From NCBI GenBank assembly GCA_037443005.1, contig JBBIPE010000001.1:1634-65633 (forward strand): a stretch of DNA of 64,000 nucleotides, read 5' to 3'. The DNA is from an archaeon. Lineage in GTDB: Archaea > Nanobdellota > Nanobdellia > Parvarchaeales > Parvarchaeaceae. The notes under the pieces are model-generated. The model made no database searches, was not told the DNA's origin, and saw only the letters and a list, made by a program, of their open reading frames with translations. Shown here one piece after another: positions 49,437 through 58,537 of this stretch; the first letter of the stretch is position 1; the number at the start of each line of letters is the position of its first letter. Both the position numbers and the translations under genes were made by a program.

Positions 49437-50789
49437 ATGGAATATTTAAATCCAGAATATGTGATCTTCGCAGGCATTCTCCTAGTTATAATACTTGATT
49501 TTATTAGACACAGCCTCGGCTCAAGTAAAAAGTATTTTATACATTATATTACTGTCTTTATACTAGGTTTAGCTCTTGTATCTGTGGTTCTCTACGGCAA
49601 CATGAACATAAGTATGTTCTCAGAGACACAGTATTCGCAATTTATAACTGGCTTCATGCTTTTCATATCCCTGTTTGTATATCTGTTTATTCTCTCCGAA
49701 AGAACAGAGCATAGTGCAGTACTTGACATATCATATCTTTCGTCGGTACTTGGGGCCATACTCGTAGTTATATCTAGTAATTTCATTTCATTATTCCTTT
49801 CAATAGAGCTTCTTTCGATATCATCATATTCCCTTGTCTATATGTACAAGTCGAATAATGCCCTGGAGGGGGCGGTAAAATATCTTTCAACAGGTATAGT
49901 TTCGATGGTTATACTTATCTTCGGTATATCAGTCATATATGCAGGCGCAGGAACACTGTCATTTTCTTCACTGCATTCAATTTCTTATATACCGTTCATT
50001 GCAGGAGTTGCGATAGTGATTGCAGGGCTTGGCTTTAAATCTACTCTTGTTCCGTTTCATATGTGGGCTCCAGATACTTATGAGGCTTCAAATAGCTCTG
50101 TTACAGCGTTTATATCCTCTGTTTCAAAGGCAGCTGGACTGGTTGCAATGATTAGGGTATTTTTCTTCGCTTTGCCAGTTTCATCCGGATTTGTTACGGC
50201 TTTATTCCTTTCAATAGCACTTATAACTATATTTCTCAGTGCATTTTTGGCATCTGTTCAAGACAGGGTTAAAAGACTTTTGGCTTATTCAAGCATATCC
50301 CAGGCAGGGTTTGCCTTTATAAGCCTTGCAGTATTGACAACCAAGGGAGTCAATGCGGCGGTCTTCTATATCTTTGCATTTGCTGTTGCTGATGCCATAG
50401 TTTTTCTTGCGTATAGCCTATTCGAGAGCAAAAAGATAATCTATAAAAAGGATATTGGAAAGATGTACGAAGTGTCTAAAGTAGGTGCGATCGCATTTTT
50501 CATAGGGATATTATCATTGGCTGGGTTTCCGCCTACAATAGGATTTTTCGGTAAGCTTCTCATATTCTATGCGCTTTTAAGCAGTGGTTATACTCCTATA
50601 GTAATCCTTCTGTTCTTCTCCCTTTTAGTTTCCACTTTTTATTACTTCAATCTGCTTGCAGGTATGCAGTTTATAAAAGGTATGGCTAAAAGCGGTTCAA
50701 AACAGAAAATAAACCGCGAGCAGAGAATAAAAGAAGTAATCCTTATAATACTTACTGTGTCGTTGTTTGTAGGGGTCATTTTTGCATAG
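49437..50789 (+). CDS. nuoN: NADH-quinone oxidoreductase subunit N
   Basis: Antiporter-like; start at MEYLNPEY just after nuoM stop. Confidence 0.8.
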   Translation: MEYLNPEYVIFAGILLVIILDFIRHSLGSSKKYFIHYITVFILGLALVSVVLYGNMNISMFSETQYSQFITGFMLFISLFVYLFILSERTEHSAVLDISYLSSVLGAILVVISSNFISLFLSIELLSISSYSLVYMYKSNNALEGAVKYLSTGIVSMVILIFGISVIYAGAGTLSFSSLHSISYIPFIAGVAIVIAGLGFKSTLVPFHMWAPDTYEASNSSVTAFISSVSKAAGLVAMIRVFFFALPVSSGFVTALFLSIALITIFLSAFLASVQDRVKRLLAYSSISQAGFAFISLAVLTTKGVNAAVFYIFAFAVADAIVFLAYSLFESKKIIYKKDIGKMYEVSKVGAIAFFIGILSLAGFPPTIGFFGKLLIFYALLSSGYTPIVILLFFSLLVSTFYYFNLLAGMQFIKGMAKSGSKQKINREQRIKEVILIILTVSLFVGVIFA

Positions 50790-50829
50790 GTATCCAAAGC
50801 AATATAATTGATGTTTACTCATTTATTTT

Positions 50830-51525
50830 ATGGATATAGATACTCTGCCATTTAGTTTCAAGAGGGGCTTCAGAGCGGTGTTCTTCGGAGAATACGCAGT
50901 TATTGGAGACATACATCTTGGTTTTGAAGAGGAGATAAACAGCAGGGGTTACAATGTATGGGAGAAAACCGATGAGATATCCCAGAATATACTCTCTCTG
51001 AAGACAAAAAAACTTATTTTACTCGGAGATATACGCAAGGAATATACCTATATAAAACCGAATGAAGGCGGAGTTCTGATTAAATTTTTTTCAAGGCTTT
51101 CAGATCATTTTGATGAAATAGTAATAACAAAGGGAAATCACGATGGCGGTATAGAGAAGATAACCTCAAGGTTCAGTAACATAACTCTCAAAAGTGAATT
51201 TTTATGTAATGGCGTCGGATTTATGCATGGGCATGCATTGCCATCAAAGGAGTTATCGGTTAAATCAAATATTATATGTATAAGCCACTTGCACCCGTTT
51301 GTTTTGATGAGGGACTCAAACGGAGTATCCTACAAGAAAGACTGTTTTTTCTTCTTTAATCTAAGTCTCCCTGAAAAATCTTATCCGAACTCAAAATTAA
51401 CTAAAGGTATAGTGATTCCAACGTTTAACCAATATATAGGTGGCTCAGCCGATTTTGAGTCAAGAGGGCTTATGCGCTACGCAACGTTGGAGGCCCGTAT
51501 GACAATAGATCTTGAAATATTATAG
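50830..51525 (+). CDS. Calcineurin-like metallophosphoesterase
   Basis: GDIHLG, GDIRKE, GNHD, HGH motifs. Confidence 0.7.
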   Translation: MDIDTLPFSFKRGFRAVFFGEYAVIGDIHLGFEEEINSRGYNVWEKTDEISQNILSLKTKKLILLGDIRKEYTYIKPNEGGVLIKFFSRLSDHFDEIVITKGNHDGGIEKITSRFSNITLKSEFLCNGVGFMHGHALPSKELSVKSNIICISHLHPFVLMRDSNGVSYKKDCFFFFNLSLPEKSYPNSKLTKGIVIPTFNQYIGGSADFESRGLMRYATLEARMTIDLEIL

Positions 51526-51565
51526 ATGGGAATCGTTATAAATCCAAACTATCATAAGTAATATT

Positions 51566-52498
51566 ATGAGTCCAGAAGAATTTTGGGGTTTTATAATTGG
51601 GGTTATAGCTCTTGTTTTATTGTTAGCATCCAGCATTTTCTTTTCGGCATTGTTTTATCTGTTTATAGCAATCTTTATAGTACTTCTTGGCAGCATCTTT
51701 TTCATCGTTTTCGTGAAGAAATACAGCCAGTTTGAAAGAGGAATAATATTCAGATTGGGTAAGTTCAACAGGATAACAGGACCGGGTTGGGCGGTAGTAA
51801 TTCCTTTCTTTGAACAAGAATACAAAAAGGTGGATGTACGTGTAAAGATGATGGATTTAAGTTCACAGAATATATTCACTGCAGACGACCTTAAACTCTC
51901 GATTGATGGTACTATATATTATCAGATAGTAGATCCGGAAAAAGCTACTTTACAGATTGATAATTATGGTCAGGGCCTTTCAAACCTTGTTCAGTCCGCA
52001 GTCAGGAATTCAATAGCTTCGCTTACAATGAGACAGGTTTTCAGTAGTCTTGACAGGCTGAATGATATACTTGCAGACGCTATAAGGCATATGACCTGGA
52101 AATGGGGGATAGATGTACCTTCTGTACAGATAAGGAGCGTTTCTCCATCCAATGAAGTTATACAGGCCATGCAGCAGCCTGAAATAGCTGCAAATCTTTT
52201 GCAGGCGCAGAGATTCAAGGCTGAAGCCCAAAAGATAGTAATAGAAGCCATAGGAGAAGGAGGTAAATCGCTTGATGACAAATCTATAATGTATCTTTAC
52301 CTACAGGCTTTGAAGCAAGTTGGGGAATCCAGCTCCTCAAAGATAGTGCTGCCTATGCAGTTCATGCAGGGTGCCGGAAATATGTTAGGAGGTATAGCAG
52401 GCCTTTCTGCAACGGCTTTAGCTTCTCTTGGAGGACAGGAAAACGTCCAGAACGTAATAGACAAGATAAAGGAAAAAATATCGCGCGCTGGCGGTTAA
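51566..52498 (+). CDS. SPFH/band-7 (stomatin/prohibitin-like) membrane protein
   Basis: N-terminal TM hairpin plus SPFH core. Confidence 0.8.
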   Translation: MSPEEFWGFIIGVIALVLLLASSIFFSALFYLFIAIFIVLLGSIFFIVFVKKYSQFERGIIFRLGKFNRITGPGWAVVIPFFEQEYKKVDVRVKMMDLSSQNIFTADDLKLSIDGTIYYQIVDPEKATLQIDNYGQGLSNLVQSAVRNSIASLTMRQVFSSLDRLNDILADAIRHMTWKWGIDVPSVQIRSVSPSNEVIQAMQQPEIAANLLQAQRFKAEAQKIVIEAIGEGGKSLDDKSIMYLYLQALKQVGESSSSKIVLPMQFMQGAGNMLGGIAGLSATALASLGGQENVQNVIDKIKEKISRAGG

Positions 52499-52499
52499 A

Positions 52500-52985
52500 A
52501 ATGTGAGCGGGAAATCTCACAGTCTTTAGAAGTGGGATGAAAACGAAATTCGGATAAAATATATATTAGCATGTTATTAGCATGTAAAACAACATAAAAG
52601 ATATGGAGGTAATAAGATCCTATAAATTCAGGATCTATCCAGACATAAAGAGACAGTCGGAAATAGACAATATGCTCGTTCTTGCGCAAAGGCTTTACAA
52701 CAAACTACTTGAGAAATCAATTCAGTCATACAAGAACGGAAATAGTAAAATCTCCATGTCGCAGTTCAATGAATTCGAGAAAGAGACAGATACAAATATA
52801 TCAGTAAATATACTCAGAATAGCTACCATCGGACAAAGTAGAAGTAACATTCAGGGAGATTCTGTTAGACTTCAAAAGGAGGCGGGAATCAAAGAACTGA
52901 GAACCGGTAAAACATATCCTTTGCATAATGCGGTAAACACATGAAACAAAGGAAGCCCATGGAATTTATTCGTGGGAGGATTCAC
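52500..52985 (+). mobile_element. Miniature IS200/IS605-family element (copy 3), inserted 3' of TTAAA (which contains the SPFH stop); RE GGAGGATTCAC contains the stop codon of the convergent HAD gene
   Basis: LE identical to copy 1 over AATGTGAGCGGGAAATC; longest TnpB N-terminal remnant; RE of copy-4 type. Confidence 0.8.
52603..52944 (+). pseudogene. tnpB: tnpB remnant retaining about 45 aa of the TnpB N-terminal region fused to the RuvC-III motif remnant
   Basis: MEVIRSYKFRIYPDIKRQSEIDNMLVLAQRLYNKLLEK ... TDTNISVNILRIA. Confidence 0.7.
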
Positions 52986-53701
52986 TTTTCCAGGTTAAGT
53001 GCTGTGTAAAGCTCCTTTATATCCTCTATGATATAATCTGGCTCGGATTTCTCCTTTCTCTTTTTATCTTTGTTGTATCTATCAAAAAGCACAGTAAGCA
53101 TACCTGCTTCCTTTGCATTGTCTATATCAACCTCCGGCATATCTCCAATGAATATAATCTCCTCAGGTCTTAAGCCGAGAAGTTTTGCCGTTTTTATGAA
53201 TGCATTTACCTCTTTTTTGCTTTCTTCTATACTTTCCATTGCTATAACAGTCAAGTCGAAATTTTTCATGAATGGCAGATTTTTAATTGTATTGGATTTG
53301 CTCCCTGGATACATCCCCTCACCGGTCAGTAAACCTATCTTTAATCCGTTATCCTTTAGTTTTTTTATCACCTCTTCAACGCCTTCGGAGAATTCTATCC
53401 TTCTGAAAAGGTACTCCTCAAAAATATCAGAATACTTGTCTAAATGGTCTTTTTTGAATTCAAAGCCAGATACCTTTCCAAAAAGCTCATAGAAAAGAGT
53501 CCTGTTCCTTTCCTTATAAGGCGTATTCTTGAATTCCTTATTTACTCTGTGATTGATTTCATTGAAAAGCTCTTTATTAAGGTCTTTAAAGTCTTTTTTC
53601 ATCTCATTTAAAACGGCTTCATCGGCCTTTTCTATTGTGCTGGATGCGTCTATTAGAGTGTTATCAAGATCGAATAGCACTCCTTTTATTTCTTTTTTCA
53701 T
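52982..53701 (-). CDS. HAD-superfamily hydrolase
   Basis: VLFDLDNTLID motif I; start trimmed to MKKEIKG (longer ORF would run through the tRNA); stop codon lies inside the element RE. Confidence 0.75.
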   Translation of the reverse strand: MKKEIKGVLFDLDNTLIDASSTIEKADEAVLNEMKKDFKDLNKELFNEINHRVNKEFKNTPYKERNRTLFYELFGKVSGFEFKKDHLDKYSDIFEEYLFRRIEFSEGVEEVIKKLKDNGLKIGLLTGEGMYPGSKSNTIKNLPFMKNFDLTVIAMESIEESKKEVNAFIKTAKLLGLRPEEIIFIGDMPEVDIDNAKEAGMLTVLFDRYNKDKKRKEKSEPDYIIEDIKELYTALNLEK

Positions 53702-53712
53702 AAAAAACAAAA

Positions 53713-53784
53713 AGCCTCCGACGGGTGCTGGCCCCGTGACCTTCTGCTTACAAGGCAGACGCTCTGCCGCTGAGCTACGGAGGC
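53713..53784 (-). tRNA. tRNA-Thr (anticodon UGU) with non-canonical T-loop GCCAGCA
   Basis: Manual cloverleaf: perfect 7-bp acceptor GCCTCCG/CGGAGGC, anticodon loop CTTGTAA, T-stem ACGGG/CCCGT. Confidence 0.65.
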
Positions 53785-53853
53785 TTATTAAATCCTTGAA
53801 TACCCTATTAACTTTTGATAAACTTATATATTTTATGTTTGAGTTATTTAACA

Positions 53854-54471
53854 ATGGAAGAATATGAAGTTATAGAGCATCTTAAATCCGGTGCAGAAGT
53901 GGATAATAAGTTTTTAATAGTTGCCCTAAATTACAAGATACCAACATATATAAAATTTGAAAGTATACTGGATTTTAAGGTGTGGGACAAAGTAAATTTG
54001 GATAAAAATGATGTGTTCTATAATAATTCAAAAGTTGGTGAGGTAAAGACCTTCAAAAGCGCAGACGATGTAAAAATAGATACAAGGTTTGATATAAAAT
54101 ACACCGGTGGTTACTCCCTTGACGGCAATAAAGTATACCTGGATGAGCATTTTCCAAAGGATATAATAGTTGACGGCAAGCCAGTAGATACAATTGAAAG
54201 TATAGACAGGCATCATGAAGTTACCGAAAAATGGCTTATAGACGATGCATATGAATATGCATATGCACATGAAGTTGCAACTAAGATTGAAAGAGAATAT
54301 ATAGAATCCATTGGAATAAACTGGGATAATTACTGTAAGGAAGTCAACAAGAACCTGCATGAGGTTTACAATACAAAGGCGGAAAAAACACCTAAAGACC
54401 TCGATCTAGCGCCGTATTTCTATTCCAAGGACGAGGAAGCGCTAAAAGAGATACGGGAAACAAAGCAATAA
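53854..54471 (+). CDS. Hypothetical protein
   Basis: ORF 53815-54471; start probably MEEYEV; no family recognised. Confidence 0.4.
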   Translation: MEEYEVIEHLKSGAEVDNKFLIVALNYKIPTYIKFESILDFKVWDKVNLDKNDVFYNNSKVGEVKTFKSADDVKIDTRFDIKYTGGYSLDGNKVYLDEHFPKDIIVDGKPVDTIESIDRHHEVTEKWLIDDAYEYAYAHEVATKIEREYIESIGINWDNYCKEVNKNLHEVYNTKAEKTPKDLDLAPYFYSKDEEALKEIRETKQ

Positions 54472-54480
54472 TCTATCTGA

Positions 54481-55230
54481 ATGGAAGTAAAATTTATCGA
54501 TGTACACGCACATCTATGCGATTCATTGTTTTTAAATAATATAAAAGAAATTGCCAGCAGGCTAAGCAGAGATTATATTGTTCTCAATACAGGTGAAAAC
54601 TCGCTTCAGAATACCGAGATACTCGAATGCTCAACGGTATACCCGTTTATTATGCCCTGCATAGGCCTGCACCCGAATGAGATCGCAAAAATGAGCTATG
54701 ACATGGCAATGAAGGAGCTGGAATACCTATCAGATAACGTTTCAAAGGCGTATGCAATCTCGGAGGTTGGTCTGGATTATAAAGGAAAAGATATATACCA
54801 GATTGAGCAGGAAAAGGAATTTTTATATAAAATATTTGAAATCGCACAGAAAAATAAGAAAGTATGCATAATTCACAGCCGCAAGTCAATTGAAGATGTA
54901 TTTGAGATGTTATCAAGCTTTGATATTAAAGTTATAACCCACAATTTTGAGGGTAACTTAAGGCAGTTAAGGCATGCACAGGATATCGGGTTAAATATAA
55001 GCATATCCACCGGATTTATGCGCTTTAAAAAGGATAATATAATAAGGAACGTAGAACTCGAGAAGCTTTTTACGGAAACAGATTCTCCTGTCTTAAGCCC
55101 GGATGACAAAACAAATACTCCGTTGAATATCCCAAAGCTTTTAAATTATATAGCAAGTCTAAGGGATATGAATATTGAAGAATTAAAGTCCGTAGTATAT
55201 TCGAACTTAAGGAGGGTATTTAATGATTGA
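54481..55230 (+). CDS. tatD: TatD-family metal-dependent hydrolase
   Basis: IDVHAHL, SEVGLDY motifs. Confidence 0.8.
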   Translation: MEVKFIDVHAHLCDSLFLNNIKEIASRLSRDYIVLNTGENSLQNTEILECSTVYPFIMPCIGLHPNEIAKMSYDMAMKELEYLSDNVSKAYAISEVGLDYKGKDIYQIEQEKEFLYKIFEIAQKNKKVCIIHSRKSIEDVFEMLSSFDIKVITHNFEGNLRQLRHAQDIGLNISISTGFMRFKKDNIIRNVELEKLFTETDSPVLSPDDKTNTPLNIPKLLNYIASLRDMNIEELKSVVYSNLRRVFND

Positions 55231-56137
55231 TACTGTTTTTCTTGGTACTTCTTCTGCCTTTCCGACTGTAAAGAGAAATCATCCTGCTGTGTACATCTCT
55301 TTAAACGGGGATAGGATGCTTTTTGACTGCGGTGAAGGGACTCAGAGGCAGATAAGAAAAGCTGGATTAAGTCCGTCCATAGATTTTATCTTTATAACCC
55401 ACTGGCATGGCGATCATTCGCTGGGAGTAGGAGGGATTATACAAAGTCTTAATATGCTGAAAAGCGACAAACCTCTTCATATTTTCGGACCGCAGGGCAC
55501 GCGGGAAAGCGTTGATAACATAATAAATTCCTATAAATTTTACAACAAAGTACTAGTTAAGAAATCACCAATAAATGCGGTGAAGGAAAGAACTATTCTT
55601 GATGGAAAAAGTTACTATATATCTGCATTAAATGTCAAACATTCTGTAAAATGTCTTTCATACAAGATAAAAGAAAAGGACAGTAGAAATATACTAGTTC
55701 AAAAATTGCCAGAGCTGGGCCTAAAGCCGGGAAAGCTTCTAAGCAAGCTTAAGGAGGGTAAAGATATCATTTATAACGGGAAAAAACTGAAATATAAGGA
55801 TTTGACGTATGTAAAGAAGGGAAAAGCGCTTGCTTATGTAACAGATTTAAGGTATGAAAAGTCTATACTTCAATTTGTTAAAGGAGTGGATACACTTATA
55901 ATAGAAAGCACTTTTGCAGCCGACTTCAAAAAATCCTATGATTTCTTTCATCTTAATATAATTGAAGCAATGAAAATTGCAAAATATTCAGGTGCGAAAA
56001 ACGTTTACTTTGTCCATACTAGCCAAAGATATGAGAATACGGACACATTAGAAAAAGACGCAGACAAGGTATTTAAGACGCTTGGCTGCAAATTTAATTA
56101 CTTTTTTCCAAATGATCTTGACAGGATAACTATCTAA
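55223..56137 (+). CDS. rnz: Ribonuclease Z (tRNA 3' processing, MBL fold)
   Basis: HWHGDHSLGVGG motif; 304 aa. Confidence 0.85.
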   Translation: MIDTVFLGTSSAFPTVKRNHPAVYISLNGDRMLFDCGEGTQRQIRKAGLSPSIDFIFITHWHGDHSLGVGGIIQSLNMLKSDKPLHIFGPQGTRESVDNIINSYKFYNKVLVKKSPINAVKERTILDGKSYYISALNVKHSVKCLSYKIKEKDSRNILVQKLPELGLKPGKLLSKLKEGKDIIYNGKKLKYKDLTYVKKGKALAYVTDLRYEKSILQFVKGVDTLIIESTFAADFKKSYDFFHLNIIEAMKIAKYSGAKNVYFVHTSQRYENTDTLEKDADKVFKTLGCKFNYFFPNDLDRITI

Positions 56138-56186
56138 TAACTTGAATAGAAATATATTTAAATGTCTTACTCTTTATTAAAGAAAT

Positions 56187-57218
56187 ATGAATTCAATTAC
56201 TGTAAGCGTGATAGGCCCATATAGATCCGGAAAATCTACTCTTGTAAACAAGCTACAACAGAGAAAGGGTATAGAAGAGGATGTTTCCTTCTTTTTCTTT
56301 AAATATGGAGGAAAGAATGTAACTCTTATAGATACTCCTGGAGACATGGATAATCCTACATTACTGGCGTCTGTTCTTACAGTTTCAGATGCAATAATAT
56401 TCTGTGTTTCAACTGAGAACGGTGTAAATCCACAGGTAGGTGAGCAGATAATTATGGCCAACACTGCAGGGATAAAGCACGGCATGTTCTGTGTAACAAA
56501 AGCGGATATATCAACTGCGGATGAGATAGATCAGCTTAAAAACAATCTTTCTGCGATAATAAAAAATACAAATTTGCAGAGTTTTGAGATAGTCATTATA
56601 GACATAAACAATGACCAGAGCATAGCCGATATAAGAGCGAAGATATCGGCTTTTCCTTATTACCAAGAGAATATAAGCAAGCCTTTTAAGATTCTAATAG
56701 ACCACGCATTTGAATCAAAAGGGATGTCAGTTGCAGTGGGAATCATGCCTTCTGGAAAGATAAGCATTCATTCGGATGGAATTATAACACCGGAGCCTTT
56801 TACAAAGGAGATTTCAATAAATTCAATCCAAATCAATCAAGAAGATATAAATTCTGCGGAGGCAGGCGACAGAGTCGGAGTTTCAATAAAAGGAATATGG
56901 CCCTGGGATCTTCCGAGAGGAGTTGAGATTAGGACAAAGAATTCCTACAAAGACATCAAAGAAGGAAACATGTCAATAGATCTTATACCTCTGTACAAGC
57001 AGGAGATAAAAGATGATACTAAACTTATCTTAGTCTGTAATTGGCAGAATGCCGTTATAACATTAAGCGATGTAAAACATGAAAACAATAGGATAACTGC
57101 CCACTTTACCTCTGATAAAAATGTATGTTTTGATGAAAATGATAGGATGCTTTTGATAAACAAAGACCTACCTATAAGATTTCTAAGGGTAGTGGGAAAG
57201 CCAGTAATAAGCGATTGA
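56187..57218 (+). CDS. Divergent EF-Tu/SelB-like GTP-binding protein (G domain plus beta-barrel domain II), 343 aa
   Basis: G1 GPYRSGKST, G3 DTPG, G4 TKAD; domain II GDRVGVSIKG. Confidence 0.55.
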   Translation: MNSITVSVIGPYRSGKSTLVNKLQQRKGIEEDVSFFFFKYGGKNVTLIDTPGDMDNPTLLASVLTVSDAIIFCVSTENGVNPQVGEQIIMANTAGIKHGMFCVTKADISTADEIDQLKNNLSAIIKNTNLQSFEIVIIDINNDQSIADIRAKISAFPYYQENISKPFKILIDHAFESKGMSVAVGIMPSGKISIHSDGIITPEPFTKEISINSIQINQEDINSAEAGDRVGVSIKGIWPWDLPRGVEIRTKNSYKDIKEGNMSIDLIPLYKQEIKDDTKLILVCNWQNAVITLSDVKHENNRITAHFTSDKNVCFDENDRMLLINKDLPIRFLRVVGKPVISD

Positions 57219-57287
57219 ATAATCTGAAATGATTATTAAAAAAGGACAATACAATAATATTCTGAAAAGTTATATTAAAAATTTAAG

Positions 57288-57452
57288 TTGGAAATCTTTC
57301 ATCCTTTAGAAGTGAGCTGAAGGCGAACTTCTAACAAATAAAATCTCCAAAATTATCGGCTTGTCAGTCTCGCTGGGAATGCACATTGTGTTTGTGGTAT
57401 CATTCATCATCAAACATGAAGCCCATAGAATTTATTCGTGAGAGGATGTCAC
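57288..57452 (+). mobile_element. Minimal (165 bp) IS200/IS605-derived element (copy 4): degenerate LE plus copy-3-type RE GAGGATGTCAC, no ORF; 3' of TTAAG
   Basis: LE core TTTCATCCTTTAGAAGTGAGCTGAAGGCGAAC and last 45 nt align to the other copies. Confidence 0.7.
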
Positions 57453-57529
57453 TTAATCGGCGTTTGTTTTAATATAAGTATCTCTTAAAACCTGCTTAAA
57501 TGTTAATCCGCTAAATTTTTAATACATTC

Positions 57530-58537
57530 TTGTTTTATACTATCATGGCTGAAAAACTTAGAAACAATGAAATAAGAGTTGATTACAGGACGGGAATAGA
57601 GATACTATTTTCAAGTATAAGAAATGATAGGCCCGCAGATTTTTATAAAGTAAATAATGAATGGAAATCAGATCCCTCAAAATGTCCTTTTGAGTATGGA
57701 AAGGAAGCCTTAAACAAAACAATAAAACTTGTCGGAGGAGATGAGCATTCATGGAAACTTAAGGTAATAGAAAATAAATTTCCCATAGTCTCCCCAAATT
57801 TTGATTTTACGGCTTCAGATAGTTTCTTAATAGAAAAACCGGCTTTTGGTTACAGCGAAGTTATATTTGAGACTCCTATACACAATTTAAGATTTTCGGA
57901 GCTGAAAAAAGAGGATTACTTGAGATGGCTGGACATAATTATAGAAAGGGAAAAATACTTATACTCAAAGGATAGGGTAAAATACGTTTACATCTTCAAA
58001 AATGAAGGCCCAAGAAGCGGAGCAAGCCTTTCTCATACCCACAGTCAGATAATAGCTTTTGAGGAAGTGCCAGAGAGGATTAAAACCGAACAGAAAAATA
58101 TAAATTATTTCTTAAAATCAAAAAATCAATGTCTTTATGAATATGCACTAAATTATGAACAAGACAGGGTTCTTGTTGAAAATAGTACATTCATAGCATT
58201 TGCGCCTTTTGGATCTACTATGACAGCAGAATCAGTAATTATGCCTAAAAGACATATTAATTATATAGGTATGCTTTCACAGCAGGAAAAGATTGACTTT
58301 GTGGATGTACTTTCAAAAGTTATTAAAACGAATGAAACATTGTTTGGAAAATTGTCTTATAATATACTTTTTCACGAACTGAAATCCGATAGTAACTTCC
58401 ATTTTCATGTTGAAATCTATCCAAGAGTGATAACATTCGCAGCGGCCGAATTTGCAGGTTTTAATACCAATCAACTTTTTCCTGAAAAATACACTGACAT
58501 GTTTGTAAACGCTGATAAAGAAAGAGAAATAAATTAA
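57530..58537 (+). CDS. GalT-like nucleotidyltransferase (HIT superfamily, HxHxQ branch)
   Basis: SHTHSQIIAF motif; about 335 aa. Confidence 0.65.
   Translation: MFYTIMAEKLRNNEIRVDYRTGIEILFSSIRNDRPADFYKVNNEWKSDPSKCPFEYGKEALNKTIKLVGGDEHSWKLKVIENKFPIVSPNFDFTASDSFLIEKPAFGYSEVIFETPIHNLRFSELKKEDYLRWLDIIIEREKYLYSKDRVKYVYIFKNEGPRSGASLSHTHSQIIAFEEVPERIKTEQKNINYFLKSKNQCLYEYALNYEQDRVLVENSTFIAFAPFGSTMTAESVIMPKRHINYIGMLSQQEKIDFVDVLSKVIKTNETLFGKLSYNILFHELKSDSNFHFHVEIYPRVITFAAAEFAGFNTNQLFPEKYTDMFVNADKEREIN

Noticed and set aside
53702-53854. N-terminal 51-aa extension of the HAD hydrolase ORF
   Set aside because: It runs straight through the tRNA-Thr(UGU) gene on the same strand. The HAD motif I (FDLDNT) follows the internal Met at 53701.
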